Shown: positions 18,270-28,617, counted from the first letter of the stretch. The stretch is 64,000 bases of DNA from a virus (IMGVR_UViG_3300021400_000063), one strand, 5' to 3'. Notes: generated by a model not told the origin, from the sequence alone. Program-made: numbers and translations.

Positions 18270-19358
18270 ATGTATACTAAAGAAGAAAAATTTGATCGGG
18301 TATCAGCTGTTATTTTTGAAGGTCCAGATTGTTGTGGTAAATCAACACAGGTTGATAAATTTATTGAGAAAGTTGCAAAAAGCGATCGACATGATGTTAT
18401 TATTAAAGTTCATTTTCCATTCGATTCATTAGGTTATGATTTATTAAAGAATAATTATAATGAACTTGTAAATACAGTTTATTCTAAAGAATATATGGAA
18501 AATATCAACAATGATAAACTTGAAAAATTAAATAGAATTCTTATTCGAAATGTAGATTTAAATCATGTCGATAAACTATTATTCATATATGTTTTAAAAA
18601 ATCTTCTTTTGGGTAAAGAATATGATACAGCTATACCTATATCTCTTTATGAAAATACACTTAAACTGTCTCCAAGACAACTTATTGAAAATAAAAATTG
18701 TGAAATATGGTTCAATGGTTGTAAAATGAATAAAACCGATAATGATATAGATGTATTACGTATATATTTCGAACAGACTAAAAAACCTAACGTTTTGTTA
18801 GTGTTTGATAGATTTATTATTAGCGGTATAGTTTATAATTTACATTTACCAAGTTCTATGTCAGATAATAAATTATTTGAAAGAATTACAGATTCATTAT
18901 CTGTGGCTCAAATACATCATACTGAAAATGAAATCGATATATTAAATTCTATTGTACCAAACATTTTAAATTACGAAGAATCTTGTTTTGATGATAGGAT
19001 TAATTATTGTAATCCTAAAATTATCTGGTTTGTATTTAAACCATCTGAAACAATTTATAAAGCTTTCTTAAATGATAAAGAACGTAAAGTTGAAGAATAT
19101 GATACAAATGATATCTTACGAACTACAGTAAATGATATTTATACCGATATAGCTTCAAATAAGAATAAATCAAGATTCTTATTAACTAATCAATTCAATA
19201 TAATTCCAGTAGATTCTGACAAATATATTGAAATTTATAAAGATAAATCAATCGATGCTATTTCTTCAGATCTTTACAATAGATATACAAATAACATAAA
19301 AGTATATCATTCTCTTGAAAATAATATTAATAATTATTTAAGAGATATGTATGAATAA
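18270..19358 (+). CDS. tmk: Thymidylate (dNMP) kinase-like protein with insertions
   Basis: IFEGPDCCGKSTQ P-loop, HFP, FDRFIISGIVY motif. Confidence 0.8.
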   Translation: MYTKEEKFDRVSAVIFEGPDCCGKSTQVDKFIEKVAKSDRHDVIIKVHFPFDSLGYDLLKNNYNELVNTVYSKEYMENINNDKLEKLNRILIRNVDLNHVDKLLFIYVLKNLLLGKEYDTAIPISLYENTLKLSPRQLIENKNCEIWFNGCKMNKTDNDIDVLRIYFEQTKKPNVLLVFDRFIISGIVYNLHLPSSMSDNKLFERITDSLSVAQIHHTENEIDILNSIVPNILNYEESCFDDRINYCNPKIIWFVFKPSETIYKAFLNDKERKVEEYDTNDILRTTVNDIYTDIASNKNKSRFLLTNQFNIIPVDSDKYIEIYKDKSIDAISSDLYNRYTNNIKVYHSLENNINNYLRDMYE

Positions 19359-19379
19359 AAAAAAATAATGGAGAAAAGT

Positions 19380-19553
19380 ATGGTTAGTTATGCAAATATG
19401 TCCGATGCTGAACTTGAAAAGTATCGTGAAGAAAGTCGTAAAAGAGATGAAAAAATACAAGAAGAATGGAAAAAAGAACATCCGAATGGTGTAGATCCTT
19501 CGTGTAGAACACCATATGATGTACCACATCATGTTCCTTATCGTGTAGGTTAA
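19380..19553 (+). CDS. Small hypothetical protein
   Basis: SD GGAG before ATG 19380; ends at the bidirectional terminator 19559-19589. Confidence 0.6.
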   Translation: MVSYANMSDAELEKYREESRKRDEKIQEEWKKEHPNGVDPSCRTPYDVPHHVPYRVG

Positions 19554-19558
19554 AAAAA

Positions 19559-19589
19559 ATATAAAGTAGGACTATGTCCTACTTTATAT
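19559..19589. terminator. Bidirectional terminator
   Basis: ATATAAAGTAGGAC/GTCCTACTTTATAT. Confidence 0.8.
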
Positions 19590-19597
19590 TATATTTT

Positions 19598-19912
19598 TTA
19601 TAATACTTCAATTTCGTTATTTTCTTTAATCATATCTTCTTTTATACTTTCAACATCCATACAATAAATATCAGATTCATCATATGGTACAATATGTGGA
19701 GGATCGAATGGCCCATAAATTTTATTAACAAATTTAACCATCATTTTTTTAGCTTCATCTGAATCATTAGCTAAAACAGAATAATCAGTATCTATTCCAC
19801 CTACACTACAAATGAATAATTTTTTATTTTTATATTTGTCACACATGTCTTTACTCCTAATATCTGAACAATTTTTATTGTTTTTCATTAGTTGTATTTT
19901 GTGGAGTCTCAC
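19598..19912 (-). CDS. Hypothetical protein
   Basis: ORF overlapping the upstream gene in the sbcC operon; start uncertain. Confidence 0.6.
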   Translation of the reverse strand: MRLHKIQLMKNNKNCSDIRSKDMCDKYKNKKLFICSVGGIDTDYSVLANDSDEAKKMMVKFVNKIYGPFDPPHIVPYDESDIYCMDVESIKEDMIKENNEIEVL

Positions 19913-20105
19913 CTTTTACATGAGATTTTACTTTGTTATTTTCTTTATAGTAATCGAGATATGTCATTAATACGAATAATGCTGTTTGAACTTGAGGTTC
20001 CCACTTTGGATCTTCATCAGCTTCAACAACATTTGGATTGTAAATAGCATCTCGCAGTTTACAAAACTGGTTATTCATCTCAATATACTTTTCTGTAGCT
20101 GTCAT
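19875..20105 (-). CDS. Hypothetical protein
   Basis: 76 aa, SD TAAGGAG overlapping the sbcC stop. Confidence 0.7.
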   Translation of the reverse strand: MTATEKYIEMNNQFCKLRDAIYNPNVVEADEDPKWEPQVQTALFVLMTYLDYYKENNKVKSHVKGETPQNTTNEKQ

Positions 20106-20116
20106 AATTTTACTCC

Positions 20117-22852
20117 TTAATATCTAAATAAGATATTTTTATTTTTAAGTTTTTCTTCATCGATTTTAGCATCTTTCATAAGAATGATGTCACAAGGAAT
20201 ATCTTCAAATTCACCATTATGTGTAATAATGAAACAAGAATCACAACCCATTTCATTTATTCGATTTTGTATAACATCCATGAATCCTCTACGACGAGTT
20301 TCATCAAATGCACCATCAACTTCATCGAGTCTTAAAACATCATAACCACCTTTATCAACATTACTTTCAATAATACTGAAACTTATAGCAGTTGTAATTG
20401 TTTTAGTTTCACCTTGACTACATACTGATGCGTCAGGAATTGTTTCACCATTCTTATTTATTCTAATACTGAATTCATTTTCATCAATATTAAATTTTTC
20501 AATTTTAATATTTTCTCCCCACATGTTATTAAGATCTTCATTAGTTTTAACTGTAAGTTCATTTAAGAAACTTTCAATTTTCCAACTCGGATAACCTACT
20601 TTAGGAGACCATATTTTATTAAGAATGTTAATACGATTAAACTGTTCTTGGAGTTCATTTCGCATCTTTTCAATCTGACGTTTACTAATATAGAATGTAG
20701 TCATTTCATCACGTTTCTTATTCAAATCAGTTAATTCTTTTTCATATTCCAATTTCTTTTTATTAAGTTTAGTTTCAATATAATTTTTATTAGAATTGTA
20801 TGCATAATTAACTTTAGCAATTTGAAGAAGATTATGTTTATCAATAAGGGTTTGTTTTATCTGATAATTGATATCATTTATTTCGTTTTCACGTTCAACT
20901 ATCAATGACTCAGCATTCTTATATGATATAACCAAATTATGAACTTGATCATATTCATTATAACAAGATTCTTTTAAAGATTTCAATTCTTCATAGTTTT
21001 GAAGAGATTGTTTAATCTTTTCATTAAGCTTGCTATTTGTAAATACTAACGATTTTATGTTTTCAAGATCATTAATAGATTTACTAATATCATCTCTTTT
21101 TACACAAAGTGATGAATATTCCGTAATATCGTTAATAATACCTTTTATATCGTTGATATGTACATATACTGTATAAAGCTCTTTAGTAAAATAATCTGAA
21201 ATTACAGTAGGCATTTTACCTATTTTATCGGTATTTTTCATCAAAAAATCCTCAATTTCAACATAGATCTGGTGCCCTTTTTTCATATTTTCTAAAGATT
21301 CTTTAATTTCTGTAAGTTCCGAGTCATAATCAAAAATTTGTTTTTGAATAGTTGTAGATTCATTATAAAGTTCAGTTAAATTATCTTTTGGATTAAGATA
21401 CTTTAATAATTCGTCAACTATACCACATTGATGAGTTGCGCAGAACTTTGGTCGCTTCATAAGAATCTCAGTATCAAGATTACCATGTTCATATTTATAA
21501 ATTTCATTATTCACAAATGTAAGTTTTTCATTTGCCGTTTTCTTAAGATTATCAACCAATTGATATCTTTCATTCTTATCCGATAATGATTTCTCCAATT
21601 GACTCATATCTATGATTGTTTCCATTGGAACCAAATTATTCAATTGAATAAATCTATCATCAAGAATTTGCAACATCGTGTTAGTATCTGATATTACTGA
21701 TGAATCGGTTTTAAGTTGATCTTCAGTCATTTCATATTTGTTTTCAATTTCAACTATAGACTTATTTATAGTATTTAATAATTCATTATTAGAATCAATT
21801 GTATTATAAATACTATTTAAATCCATTCTGGAAATTCTTTCATCTGTATTTAACATAGCTTTTGATGAAGATATTTCGGATGATAACAATGACATTTTAT
21901 CTTCAATAGATTGAATCTGTTGAATCAGATCATTTTCTTTTCGTTGAATCATATCTAATTCTTTTTGGAACTGAATAGGATCACTTGTATTAGGAATATT
22001 AAATTTGCTCCATTTTTCCATAATCTCATCTTTTTTATTATTCAGTTCTCTGATAGTACTGATCAATTTAGATTTTTTGTCATTCAATTCTCTATCAGAT
22101 AAAATATATTTTTCAAATTGTGAATTGTATGTAAGTAATTGAGTTATATTAGTTTCAACTTCTTTTAAATTTTTAGTTATAGAAGCTATATTAGTATCAA
22201 CATAATTTAATTCAAGTTCATAATTTATAGAACTCATATTACCAATCTGTTTATTGTAATTATCAATTTCTTTTTTAAGTTTATTGATAATTTTTGCAGA
22301 TTTTTTATAAGCTTCTAAGAATTCAGAAATTTCAGGCATCCATTCAGAAATATAATTATTTCTTTCAGCAGGTTTCATACTAACAAAATCTTTAGCTCCA
22401 CCACTACCACAAAGATATCCAACATTTGTATAATTCTTAGACATATGGAGTTCATTTTCAATTATTTCAAGATAGCTTTCAACATTTCCATTAGGATTTA
22501 AATCTATTTCTTTTCCATCTATACATTTTTTAATGAAACATTTTGTAGTTTTCTTAGGATCATAAATAATTTTAATTTTATAAAGAATAAATCCATCTAC
22601 AAGATAATCTAATTCTTTAACTCCAACTTTATCCGGAATAATTCTAGATTTTGTTCTATCACCAACATGTTCCAATGGAAGTGGTGTCATTTCAGCCATA
22701 AGAGAAGTTTTACCAGAACCATTCTCACCTAATATCAAAATAATATTATTTGGAGAATTCGTTCTATCTATTTCGATTTCTGTTAATTCACGATTGGTAC
22801 CATGCCAAATTCCTATAAAATTAACAAGTTTAATACGTACTAAATTAACCAT
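20117..22852 (-). CDS. sbcC: SbcC/Rad50-like SMC-family ATPase
   Basis: Walker A GENGSGKT, long coiled coils, central CATHQC hook-like motif, signature CSQGE, Walker B LRLDEVDGAFD, ITH; start set at ATG 22852. Confidence 0.9.
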   Translation of the reverse strand: MVNLVRIKLVNFIGIWHGTNRELTEIEIDRTNSPNNIILILGENGSGKTSLMAEMTPLPLEHVGDRTKSRIIPDKVGVKELDYLVDGFILYKIKIIYDPKKTTKCFIKKCIDGKEIDLNPNGNVESYLEIIENELHMSKNYTNVGYLCGSGGAKDFVSMKPAERNNYISEWMPEISEFLEAYKKSAKIINKLKKEIDNYNKQIGNMSSINYELELNYVDTNIASITKNLKEVETNITQLLTYNSQFEKYILSDRELNDKKSKLISTIRELNNKKDEIMEKWSKFNIPNTSDPIQFQKELDMIQRKENDLIQQIQSIEDKMSLLSSEISSSKAMLNTDERISRMDLNSIYNTIDSNNELLNTINKSIVEIENKYEMTEDQLKTDSSVISDTNTMLQILDDRFIQLNNLVPMETIIDMSQLEKSLSDKNERYQLVDNLKKTANEKLTFVNNEIYKYEHGNLDTEILMKRPKFCATHQCGIVDELLKYLNPKDNLTELYNESTTIQKQIFDYDSELTEIKESLENMKKGHQIYVEIEDFLMKNTDKIGKMPTVISDYFTKELYTVYVHINDIKGIINDITEYSSLCVKRDDISKSINDLENIKSLVFTNSKLNEKIKQSLQNYEELKSLKESCYNEYDQVHNLVISYKNAESLIVERENEINDINYQIKQTLIDKHNLLQIAKVNYAYNSNKNYIETKLNKKKLEYEKELTDLNKKRDEMTTFYISKRQIEKMRNELQEQFNRINILNKIWSPKVGYPSWKIESFLNELTVKTNEDLNNMWGENIKIEKFNIDENEFSIRINKNGETIPDASVCSQGETKTITTAISFSIIESNVDKGGYDVLRLDEVDGAFDETRRRGFMDVIQNRINEMGCDSCFIITHNGEFEDIPCDIILMKDAKIDEEKLKNKNILFRY

Positions 22853-22931
22853 AATTCTTATTTTAACCTCAGTCAAATATTATATAAATATATTTTAAGA
22901 TAAATAGAAAATAAATTTTTAAATTCGGTAT

Positions 22932-23123
22932 CACAATATAATGAGTAAATACAATTAGGGTGAATGAAAATGGTCTCAGACATAACTTGTAGGAAAATTT
23001 TAAATAGTTTTCCTACAAGTATATGTTTTTACATACCGCTAATTTATTTTTCACTTATATATTTTAATCGTGAATAGGAGTTTTATATACTCTTATAAAT
23101 ATATTTATAAGGAGGCCACTAAC
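22932..23123 (+). promoter_or_regulatory. Dual-promoter, structured leader of the HU-like gene
   Basis: Late-type CACA-ATATAA-TG (22932-22943), long hairpin ACTTGTAGGAAAA/TTTTCCTACAAGT, early-type TATATTTT-AATCG-TG (23058-23072), alternative hairpins over the SD. Confidence 0.5.
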
Positions 23124-23519
23124 ATGGCTGATAAAATTGCTACAATTAAAAGATCTGATTGGATTGCAGTAGCAGCAAGTCAAACAGGTTTAAAAACAGA
23201 GGACATCGATAAGCTTGATAAAGCTATTCCTGGTGTTATCACAAATCTTGCATTGGAAAAAATCAATGATGGCGGTGCTAAAACAGTAATCACTGAAACA
23301 GGTCTTTGTGCCGTTAAAATGAATTACCATGAAAATGGTGAACGTACAAATGCTGATGGAACAAAAACAAAAGTAGGTCCAAACGTTACAGTTAACTTTG
23401 CTGTAAGTAAGAAGATGCTTCAGGATCTTAACAAAGGTTTGGCAATTGGTGTTAAAGTTGCAAAAGCTGCACCTGCAATTGGTAAGATAATTGATGGTGT
23501 AAAAACTCTTGCCGCTTAA
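23124..23519 (+). CDS. HU/IHF-like DNA-binding protein
   Basis: KRSDWIAVAASQTGLKTEDIDK helices, beta-arm ERTNADG..TKVG..VTVNFAVSKKML; SD AAGGAGG before ATG 23124. Confidence 0.7.
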   Translation: MADKIATIKRSDWIAVAASQTGLKTEDIDKLDKAIPGVITNLALEKINDGGAKTVITETGLCAVKMNYHENGERTNADGTKTKVGPNVTVNFAVSKKMLQDLNKGLAIGVKVAKAAPAIGKIIDGVKTLAA

Positions 23520-23552
23520 ATAAATAAATGTTAAGCTTAATGTGATAACAAT

Positions 23553-23584
23553 ATAGAGATCCACCCTATGAGGTGGATCTCTAT
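23553..23584. terminator. Bidirectional terminator
   Basis: ATAGAGATCCACC/GGTGGATCTCTAT. Confidence 0.8.
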
Positions 23585-23597
23585 TAATATATTTTTT

Positions 23598-24275
23598 TTA
23601 TTTTCGTTTGTTATATTTAGGCATATCTGAAGCAGTAATTGGATCAACGATTGGTAATTCGTTAACTTCCATAACAGTTTCATCTTCCCATTTTGCATCT
23701 TTAACGAGTTTATCGATAGCTTCAGCTTCGTAACTAAGTAATCTTCTAGATTCTGCTTTACGAGCATCAAGAATTTCTTTATGCTTTCTAGCAGTATCAG
23801 CTTTCTTAATTCGTTCTTCAGCTGAAATAAAGTCATCACTATCAAATACCCTATCGAACATTTGATTACTAAGATTGTTAACGATTCTATCAGTAATATC
23901 CGAGTAATCGAATAAATGCTTTTCACGTTCCTCAAGTTCTTCTTTAGGAGTGATTTTAGAATCGTTAATTTCTTGTATAAGTTCTATAGCAGTATCAACT
24001 CTATTAGCGTCAACATAACCTTTCTTTTCAGCTTTCTGACGTTTTAATTCATATTCAATAATGAATTCTTCTATTTTATTAGAAATTTCATTTTTAGAAG
24101 ACTGTTGAGGAAACTCAACCGATATACCCCTATTCAAAATAGCTATTACTTTTTCTATAGGGGCATACAATTCTAATGGTGAATATGTACTAAATTCAGG
24201 AAACCAATATCCAGGAGTTTTGACCTTGATACAAACTGGTGTATCGATCGTGAATTTTGAAGTATCTACTGCCAT
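23598..24275 (-). CDS. Hypothetical protein (late operon)
   Basis: 225 aa charged/helical ORF. Confidence 0.75.
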   Translation of the reverse strand: MAVDTSKFTIDTPVCIKVKTPGYWFPEFSTYSPLELYAPIEKVIAILNRGISVEFPQQSSKNEISNKIEEFIIEYELKRQKAEKKGYVDANRVDTAIELIQEINDSKITPKEELEEREKHLFDYSDITDRIVNNLSNQMFDRVFDSDDFISAEERIKKADTARKHKEILDARKAESRRLLSYEAEAIDKLVKDAKWEDETVMEVNELPIVDPITASDMPKYNKRK

Positions 24276-24283
24276 AAATTTCC

Positions 24284-24832
24284 TTATTTAGAATTTCTAG
24301 CAATCCAATATGTAGACAATTCTGTTACACGTGTAACAAGATGTTTCTTAGCAGCATCTGAGAAGTCTACAAGTTTACCATCTTTATCTTCAACTTTAAT
24401 AGTTTTAGCTTTAAGAAGAGTTTCAAAATCTTTAAGATCTTCTTTTGATTCAAATGCAATGAAACATGTAGGTGCTTTTACAAACTGTTTTACAATTTCT
24501 GTTGTAGAAAGTGTACGACGAGCAGTAGTAGATCTACTATCGATAGAATAACCAAAGCGGATATCGAAACGTTTAAATTCATTAATTTTAACAGGTTCTT
24601 TATCTTTATCACTTGGTTTTTCATCATCTACTGGATCTTTATCACCATCTGTTACTTCATCAACTGGAGTTACAGGTGTTTCTGTAGTATCAGGAGTTAC
24701 AGATTTTTCATCTGTTACTGGAGTTTCAGTAGCATCTGGAGTTACAGATGTATCAGGTGTAGAAGAATCTACAGTCTGTTCAGTTGTTTCGTAAATTTCA
24801 TCGTCAGAAAATTGTGAATTTTTCTTAGCCAT
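24284..24832 (-). CDS. Hypothetical protein with T/P/D-rich repeats
   Basis: SVTPD(A/T)TETPVT duplicated; SD AGGAG. Confidence 0.75.
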   Translation of the reverse strand: MAKKNSQFSDDEIYETTEQTVDSSTPDTSVTPDATETPVTDEKSVTPDTTETPVTPVDEVTDGDKDPVDDEKPSDKDKEPVKINEFKRFDIRFGYSIDSRSTTARRTLSTTEIVKQFVKAPTCFIAFESKEDLKDFETLLKAKTIKVEDKDGKLVDFSDAAKKHLVTRVTELSTYWIARNSK

Positions 24833-24876
24833 AATTATATTTCTCCTATATTGTTATAGTTAGTAATTAAAAAATA

Positions 24877-24904
24877 AACTAGGTGTAGATTTCTACACCT
24901 AGTT
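24877..24904 (-). terminator. Intrinsic terminator
   Basis: AACTAGGTGTAGA/TCTACACCTAGTT. Confidence 0.8.
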
Positions 24905-24924
24905 ATAATAAGGAAACTTATAAA

Positions 24925-25752
24925 TTAGAAAGTCCAAGCATCGCGCCAAGATTCAGCGCCAGCTTCAGGTTCCTCACCTACATCATTTCCTTCTTCAGCA
25001 GGAGCTTCTTCACCTTCGCCTTCAGCTTCACCACCTTCAGCAGGCTGTTCTTCACCTTCGCCTTCAGCAGGAGTTTCTTCAGCTGGTTCACTACCTGTAT
25101 CACCAGTTGGTTCAATTGTTACAGCCTTTCCTTCCATTTCGAAATCCATGCTATTATTAGGTGTAGTAACTGAGAATTCTACATCTGCACCAGAAGCAGA
25201 TTCATCAGGTTCACCATCTTCACGAGAGAAGATTCTGTGAAGATTTTCAATTGAAGCTACGTCTGATTCACTTTCGATAGGAACTTCAACATTTTCTGAA
25301 ACTTCACTAGTAGGATCAACAGGAACAGCAGTAGATCCTTCTTCAGGTACGATCTTGATAGTTGTTACACCATCAGCTACATCCTGAGCAACTGGAGAAG
25401 CAGCAGCTTCTTCATCAGCAGAAGGAATAACAGCAGCTTCAGCAACCTTTTCCTCAACAACTTCTTCCATGTCTTCTACAGACAGTCCGAAGTTACGACG
25501 GATGAATGATTCAGAAGCAGCAACTGGATCCATTTCGAGATCATCCTGGTTAGAACCTGTAGCGATTCCACCAGCAGAAGCTTCTTCATTGTGAGAAGTT
25601 TCTGATGTAGAAGGATTCATGTCTACCACTTCAGTATCAGAACCAGCATCTTCTACAACGTCTGTCTCGTCTTTTACGAGATCGTTCATTCCAACATCGA
25701 TTTCATCGTTGTCAGATTCCATAGAAAAAATATCAAAATATCCTTTAGCCAT
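24925..25752 (-). CDS. Highly acidic inner-head/scaffold-like protein with repeated S-x-E sites
   Basis: High-expression codon bias; motifs FSME, ASES, LSVE, ASIE, FSRE, GAES; 21-bp direct repeat at 25006-25026 and 25048-25068. Confidence 0.6.
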   Translation of the reverse strand: MAKGYFDIFSMESDNDEIDVGMNDLVKDETDVVEDAGSDTEVVDMNPSTSETSHNEEASAGGIATGSNQDDLEMDPVAASESFIRRNFGLSVEDMEEVVEEKVAEAAVIPSADEEAAASPVAQDVADGVTTIKIVPEEGSTAVPVDPTSEVSENVEVPIESESDVASIENLHRIFSREDGEPDESASGADVEFSVTTPNNSMDFEMEGKAVTIEPTGDTGSEPAEETPAEGEGEEQPAEGGEAEGEGEEAPAEEGNDVGEEPEAGAESWRDAWTF

Positions 25753-25777
25753 TTTGATTTCTCCTTAACAAAAATAT

Positions 25778-27250
25778 TTATCTCAGCAAAATATTATCGC
25801 TGTAGATTTCTTCCAAAGATTTCTCTATTACATAACCTAACATTGGGAATAGATAATAAATATCTGCATACTTGATATTGTGCTCATAGAGTTTATCAAT
25901 ATTATTATACAGATATTCAAAACGATCTATAAAATCATATGTTTGTTTATAAACAAACCTGACAATAGTTTCGATTATCATAGATTCTATAGAACTATAA
26001 ACCTTATTACTACAAGGTTCTTGCATTTCGGATTTATTTCCATTCAGAATATTAGTTGTAAGTTTAGCTGGGAATATTTGCTCTTCATCAGGTACACAAT
26101 TCATAATTGGTACATCTGAATAAATTACATTCTTTTTACCAACTAAATAAGATGGAACGCCGTGTTGCATATATGCTATATTAACTGGCGAAACGAACGT
26201 ATTCTTAAAGTTAGCAACCGTTCTTGTCTCTAAACAATTAAAAATAGATCTTTTGTAACCCACACGATCCAAATTGAGTAATGATTCTACTGACAGAGTA
26301 ACTCCATCATATTTACGGAAAATACGATTTTTTGTTATAAAGTGATTTAACATATTATCATATGCTATATCTTCTTTTCTAACAATTCTAGGCATATTTT
26401 GGTATGCAAAAGAATCACCATCATAATTTCCGCGGAATATTCCACCACGTTTGCCAAGAGTATTTATATTATTATTGTCCAATAAGTAATCTTTACCACG
26501 TTTTTGAACGTCATAATTCTTATATAAGTATCCATTTACAGTTTTATCATAGAAAAGATCATTGAAAACTTGAGAAATATGATTACATAAATCTCCCAAA
26601 TGTTGAATATTTTCATATTCTTTTAATGTTAAAACTGGTCTATATGTCGTTCCTACAAATTCATGATAATAAATATATTTAGAAGCGATCATAGTCTCTG
26701 GGAGTCTATAATCTTCTTTATATTGTACATATTGACATTCAAAACCAGAATCTTGTTCAAATGCTTTTGTCTCAACAGTAGAAATTTTATAACATACATC
26801 TCTACCATAATAAGACATTACAAATAAATCGCCTTCAACAGGTTTAATAGTACGAGGTAATATAATTAATGAACCACTAGATTCATAAGATTTATTATCT
26901 TCTTCACCTTCCTGTCCAAAATTAGCAGCACCATTAATTTTAACTTTAAATTTAGAAATTTCATCATATTTCTTAGTATCTAAAGCTACACCATTTGGTC
27001 CATTAGAATCTGAAGCATAATTATTTTGAGGATCTTTTACAGATCTATAATATGTAACAGTTGTGAGGACTCCTATCATCTCCATCATGGAGGTGTTTTT
27101 CATTTTAGTCCGTTCATCAACTATTTCAGATAACATATCTTCAGTATTACTTTGTACAGTATCTGTTTGAGGTGTAGTTATTCGTTCAGTTATAGGTATA
27201 TTTGATAAATAATCACTATCATCGTCATAATCATTGAACTTTTTAGGCAT
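25778..27250 (-). CDS. Virion structural protein (possible head-closure/neck type)
   Basis: TVTYY...GSLIILPRTIKPVEGDLF...YKISTV beta-barrel-like pattern; late promoter AACA-ATCAAA-TA at 27272-27283. Confidence 0.55.
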   Translation of the reverse strand: MPKKFNDYDDDSDYLSNIPITERITTPQTDTVQSNTEDMLSEIVDERTKMKNTSMMEMIGVLTTVTYYRSVKDPQNNYASDSNGPNGVALDTKKYDEISKFKVKINGAANFGQEGEEDNKSYESSGSLIILPRTIKPVEGDLFVMSYYGRDVCYKISTVETKAFEQDSGFECQYVQYKEDYRLPETMIASKYIYYHEFVGTTYRPVLTLKEYENIQHLGDLCNHISQVFNDLFYDKTVNGYLYKNYDVQKRGKDYLLDNNNINTLGKRGGIFRGNYDGDSFAYQNMPRIVRKEDIAYDNMLNHFITKNRIFRKYDGVTLSVESLLNLDRVGYKRSIFNCLETRTVANFKNTFVSPVNIAYMQHGVPSYLVGKKNVIYSDVPIMNCVPDEEQIFPAKLTTNILNGNKSEMQEPCSNKVYSSIESMIIETIVRFVYKQTYDFIDRFEYLYNNIDKLYEHNIKYADIYYLFPMLGYVIEKSLEEIYSDNILLR

Positions 27251-27337
27251 AATTACCCTCTTTAATAGTTATATTTGATTGTTACGAGGTAGAACTTTAA
27301 CATTTTAATATATTTGTTAACGAGAGAGGAAATCAAA

Positions 27338-27640
27338 ATGTTTACATTGTATATAGTAAAAAATGTTGACGGTTTACCGAATAAATTAAAAATAGTTTCT
27401 ATACATCAATATAAACCTATAGCTTTTGATCGATTAGAACATATTTTAGCATCATTAGGTTTTAGTTATTATACTGATTATTCTTCAGTAGCAGTTTATA
27501 AAAATACTAAAAAATATGAAATTGGAGATATTATCGAAATATCACCAACAAATAATGATACAATATTCTATAAAACATATTGTTCAGATATTTATTTAGG
27601 TGATTATTCAGATAATATGATTATTGAACTTATAAAATAA
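27338..27640 (+). CDS. Hypothetical protein
   Basis: SD GAGAGGA before ATG 27338; late-type AACA-TTTTAA-TA at 27299-27310. Confidence 0.65.
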   Translation: MFTLYIVKNVDGLPNKLKIVSIHQYKPIAFDRLEHILASLGFSYYTDYSSVAVYKNTKKYEIGDIIEISPTNNDTIFYKTYCSDIYLGDYSDNMIIELIK

Positions 27641-27663
27641 TTTTATATTAAGGAGATAAAATT

Positions 27664-28617
27664 ATGAGTACTCATAATGAAGAAAACTTGGTTTCAGTAG
27701 AAGATATCAATAAATCTATTGAAAAATTTATCGGAAAACATCCAGAAAATATATCTATGTGGATTGATGGTAAAAATATCATAATTCAAATTAGTAACAT
27801 TGGTATACGTGATAAATTATTTTCTAGATTAGCTTATCTTGTAGAAAATACTTCTATTGAAGATAATTTAACAATATTTAATATGCCTGCTAAATGTGTT
27901 AATGTAACTGATCGAATAGCTAGATTCGTTTGTACAGTAAATGAATTAGTTACATTTGTTGAATCTAACAATTCAGGAAATATTTTAACAGATTCAAATT
28001 CATCATTAGTAACACCTCCTGTTAAGAAATTCTTAAATCGTCTGACAACTAGCAAAACATTTAAACGAGCTCAAACATTTGTTAAGAAATTAACAAATGT
28101 TGACACTAATGTTGTTGATAGTTCTAAAATAACAGTTTATATCATAGGTAAACCTACAGCTCATTGGCAGGATGAAAATGAAGCAGATTGTTCATATGTA
28201 ACTTGGGAAGTCCTCGATATAATTCAGATTGATGCTGGTACTACTTGGAACGATGAAGAATTTAGAGAAAGATTGTCTAATTTAAAAAATTCATTAAATA
28301 TTTATTCTGACTTAGGAGATTATGGAACATTTAACATTGCTTTCAATTCTTCAGACAATGTAAAAATTGAAAATAATGAACTCATTGGAAAGCTTCCAGA
28401 ATTTATACTTGATCCTTCAGTTAAAGTTGGAGATATTATTGATTCTCGTGATTATACTGATGAAGATATTTGGACTAATGGTTATAATTATCAAACAAAT
28501 GATTACGACTACCAACAATATTATAATTTCTCTGAAAATACTTTACCATTGAAAGAAATTGATACAAAACCATATGGAGAAACATTAATTCCTGATGGAG
28601 CAATTATAACTATCTAA
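27664..28617 (+). CDS. Hypothetical protein, possible head component
   Basis: 317 aa, SD TAAGGAGA, N-terminal SVE and SIE motifs; terminator at 28624-28650. Confidence 0.7.
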   Translation: MSTHNEENLVSVEDINKSIEKFIGKHPENISMWIDGKNIIIQISNIGIRDKLFSRLAYLVENTSIEDNLTIFNMPAKCVNVTDRIARFVCTVNELVTFVESNNSGNILTDSNSSLVTPPVKKFLNRLTTSKTFKRAQTFVKKLTNVDTNVVDSSKITVYIIGKPTAHWQDENEADCSYVTWEVLDIIQIDAGTTWNDEEFRERLSNLKNSLNIYSDLGDYGTFNIAFNSSDNVKIENNELIGKLPEFILDPSVKVGDIIDSRDYTDEDIWTNGYNYQTNDYDYQQYYNFSENTLPLKEIDTKPYGETLIPDGAIITI

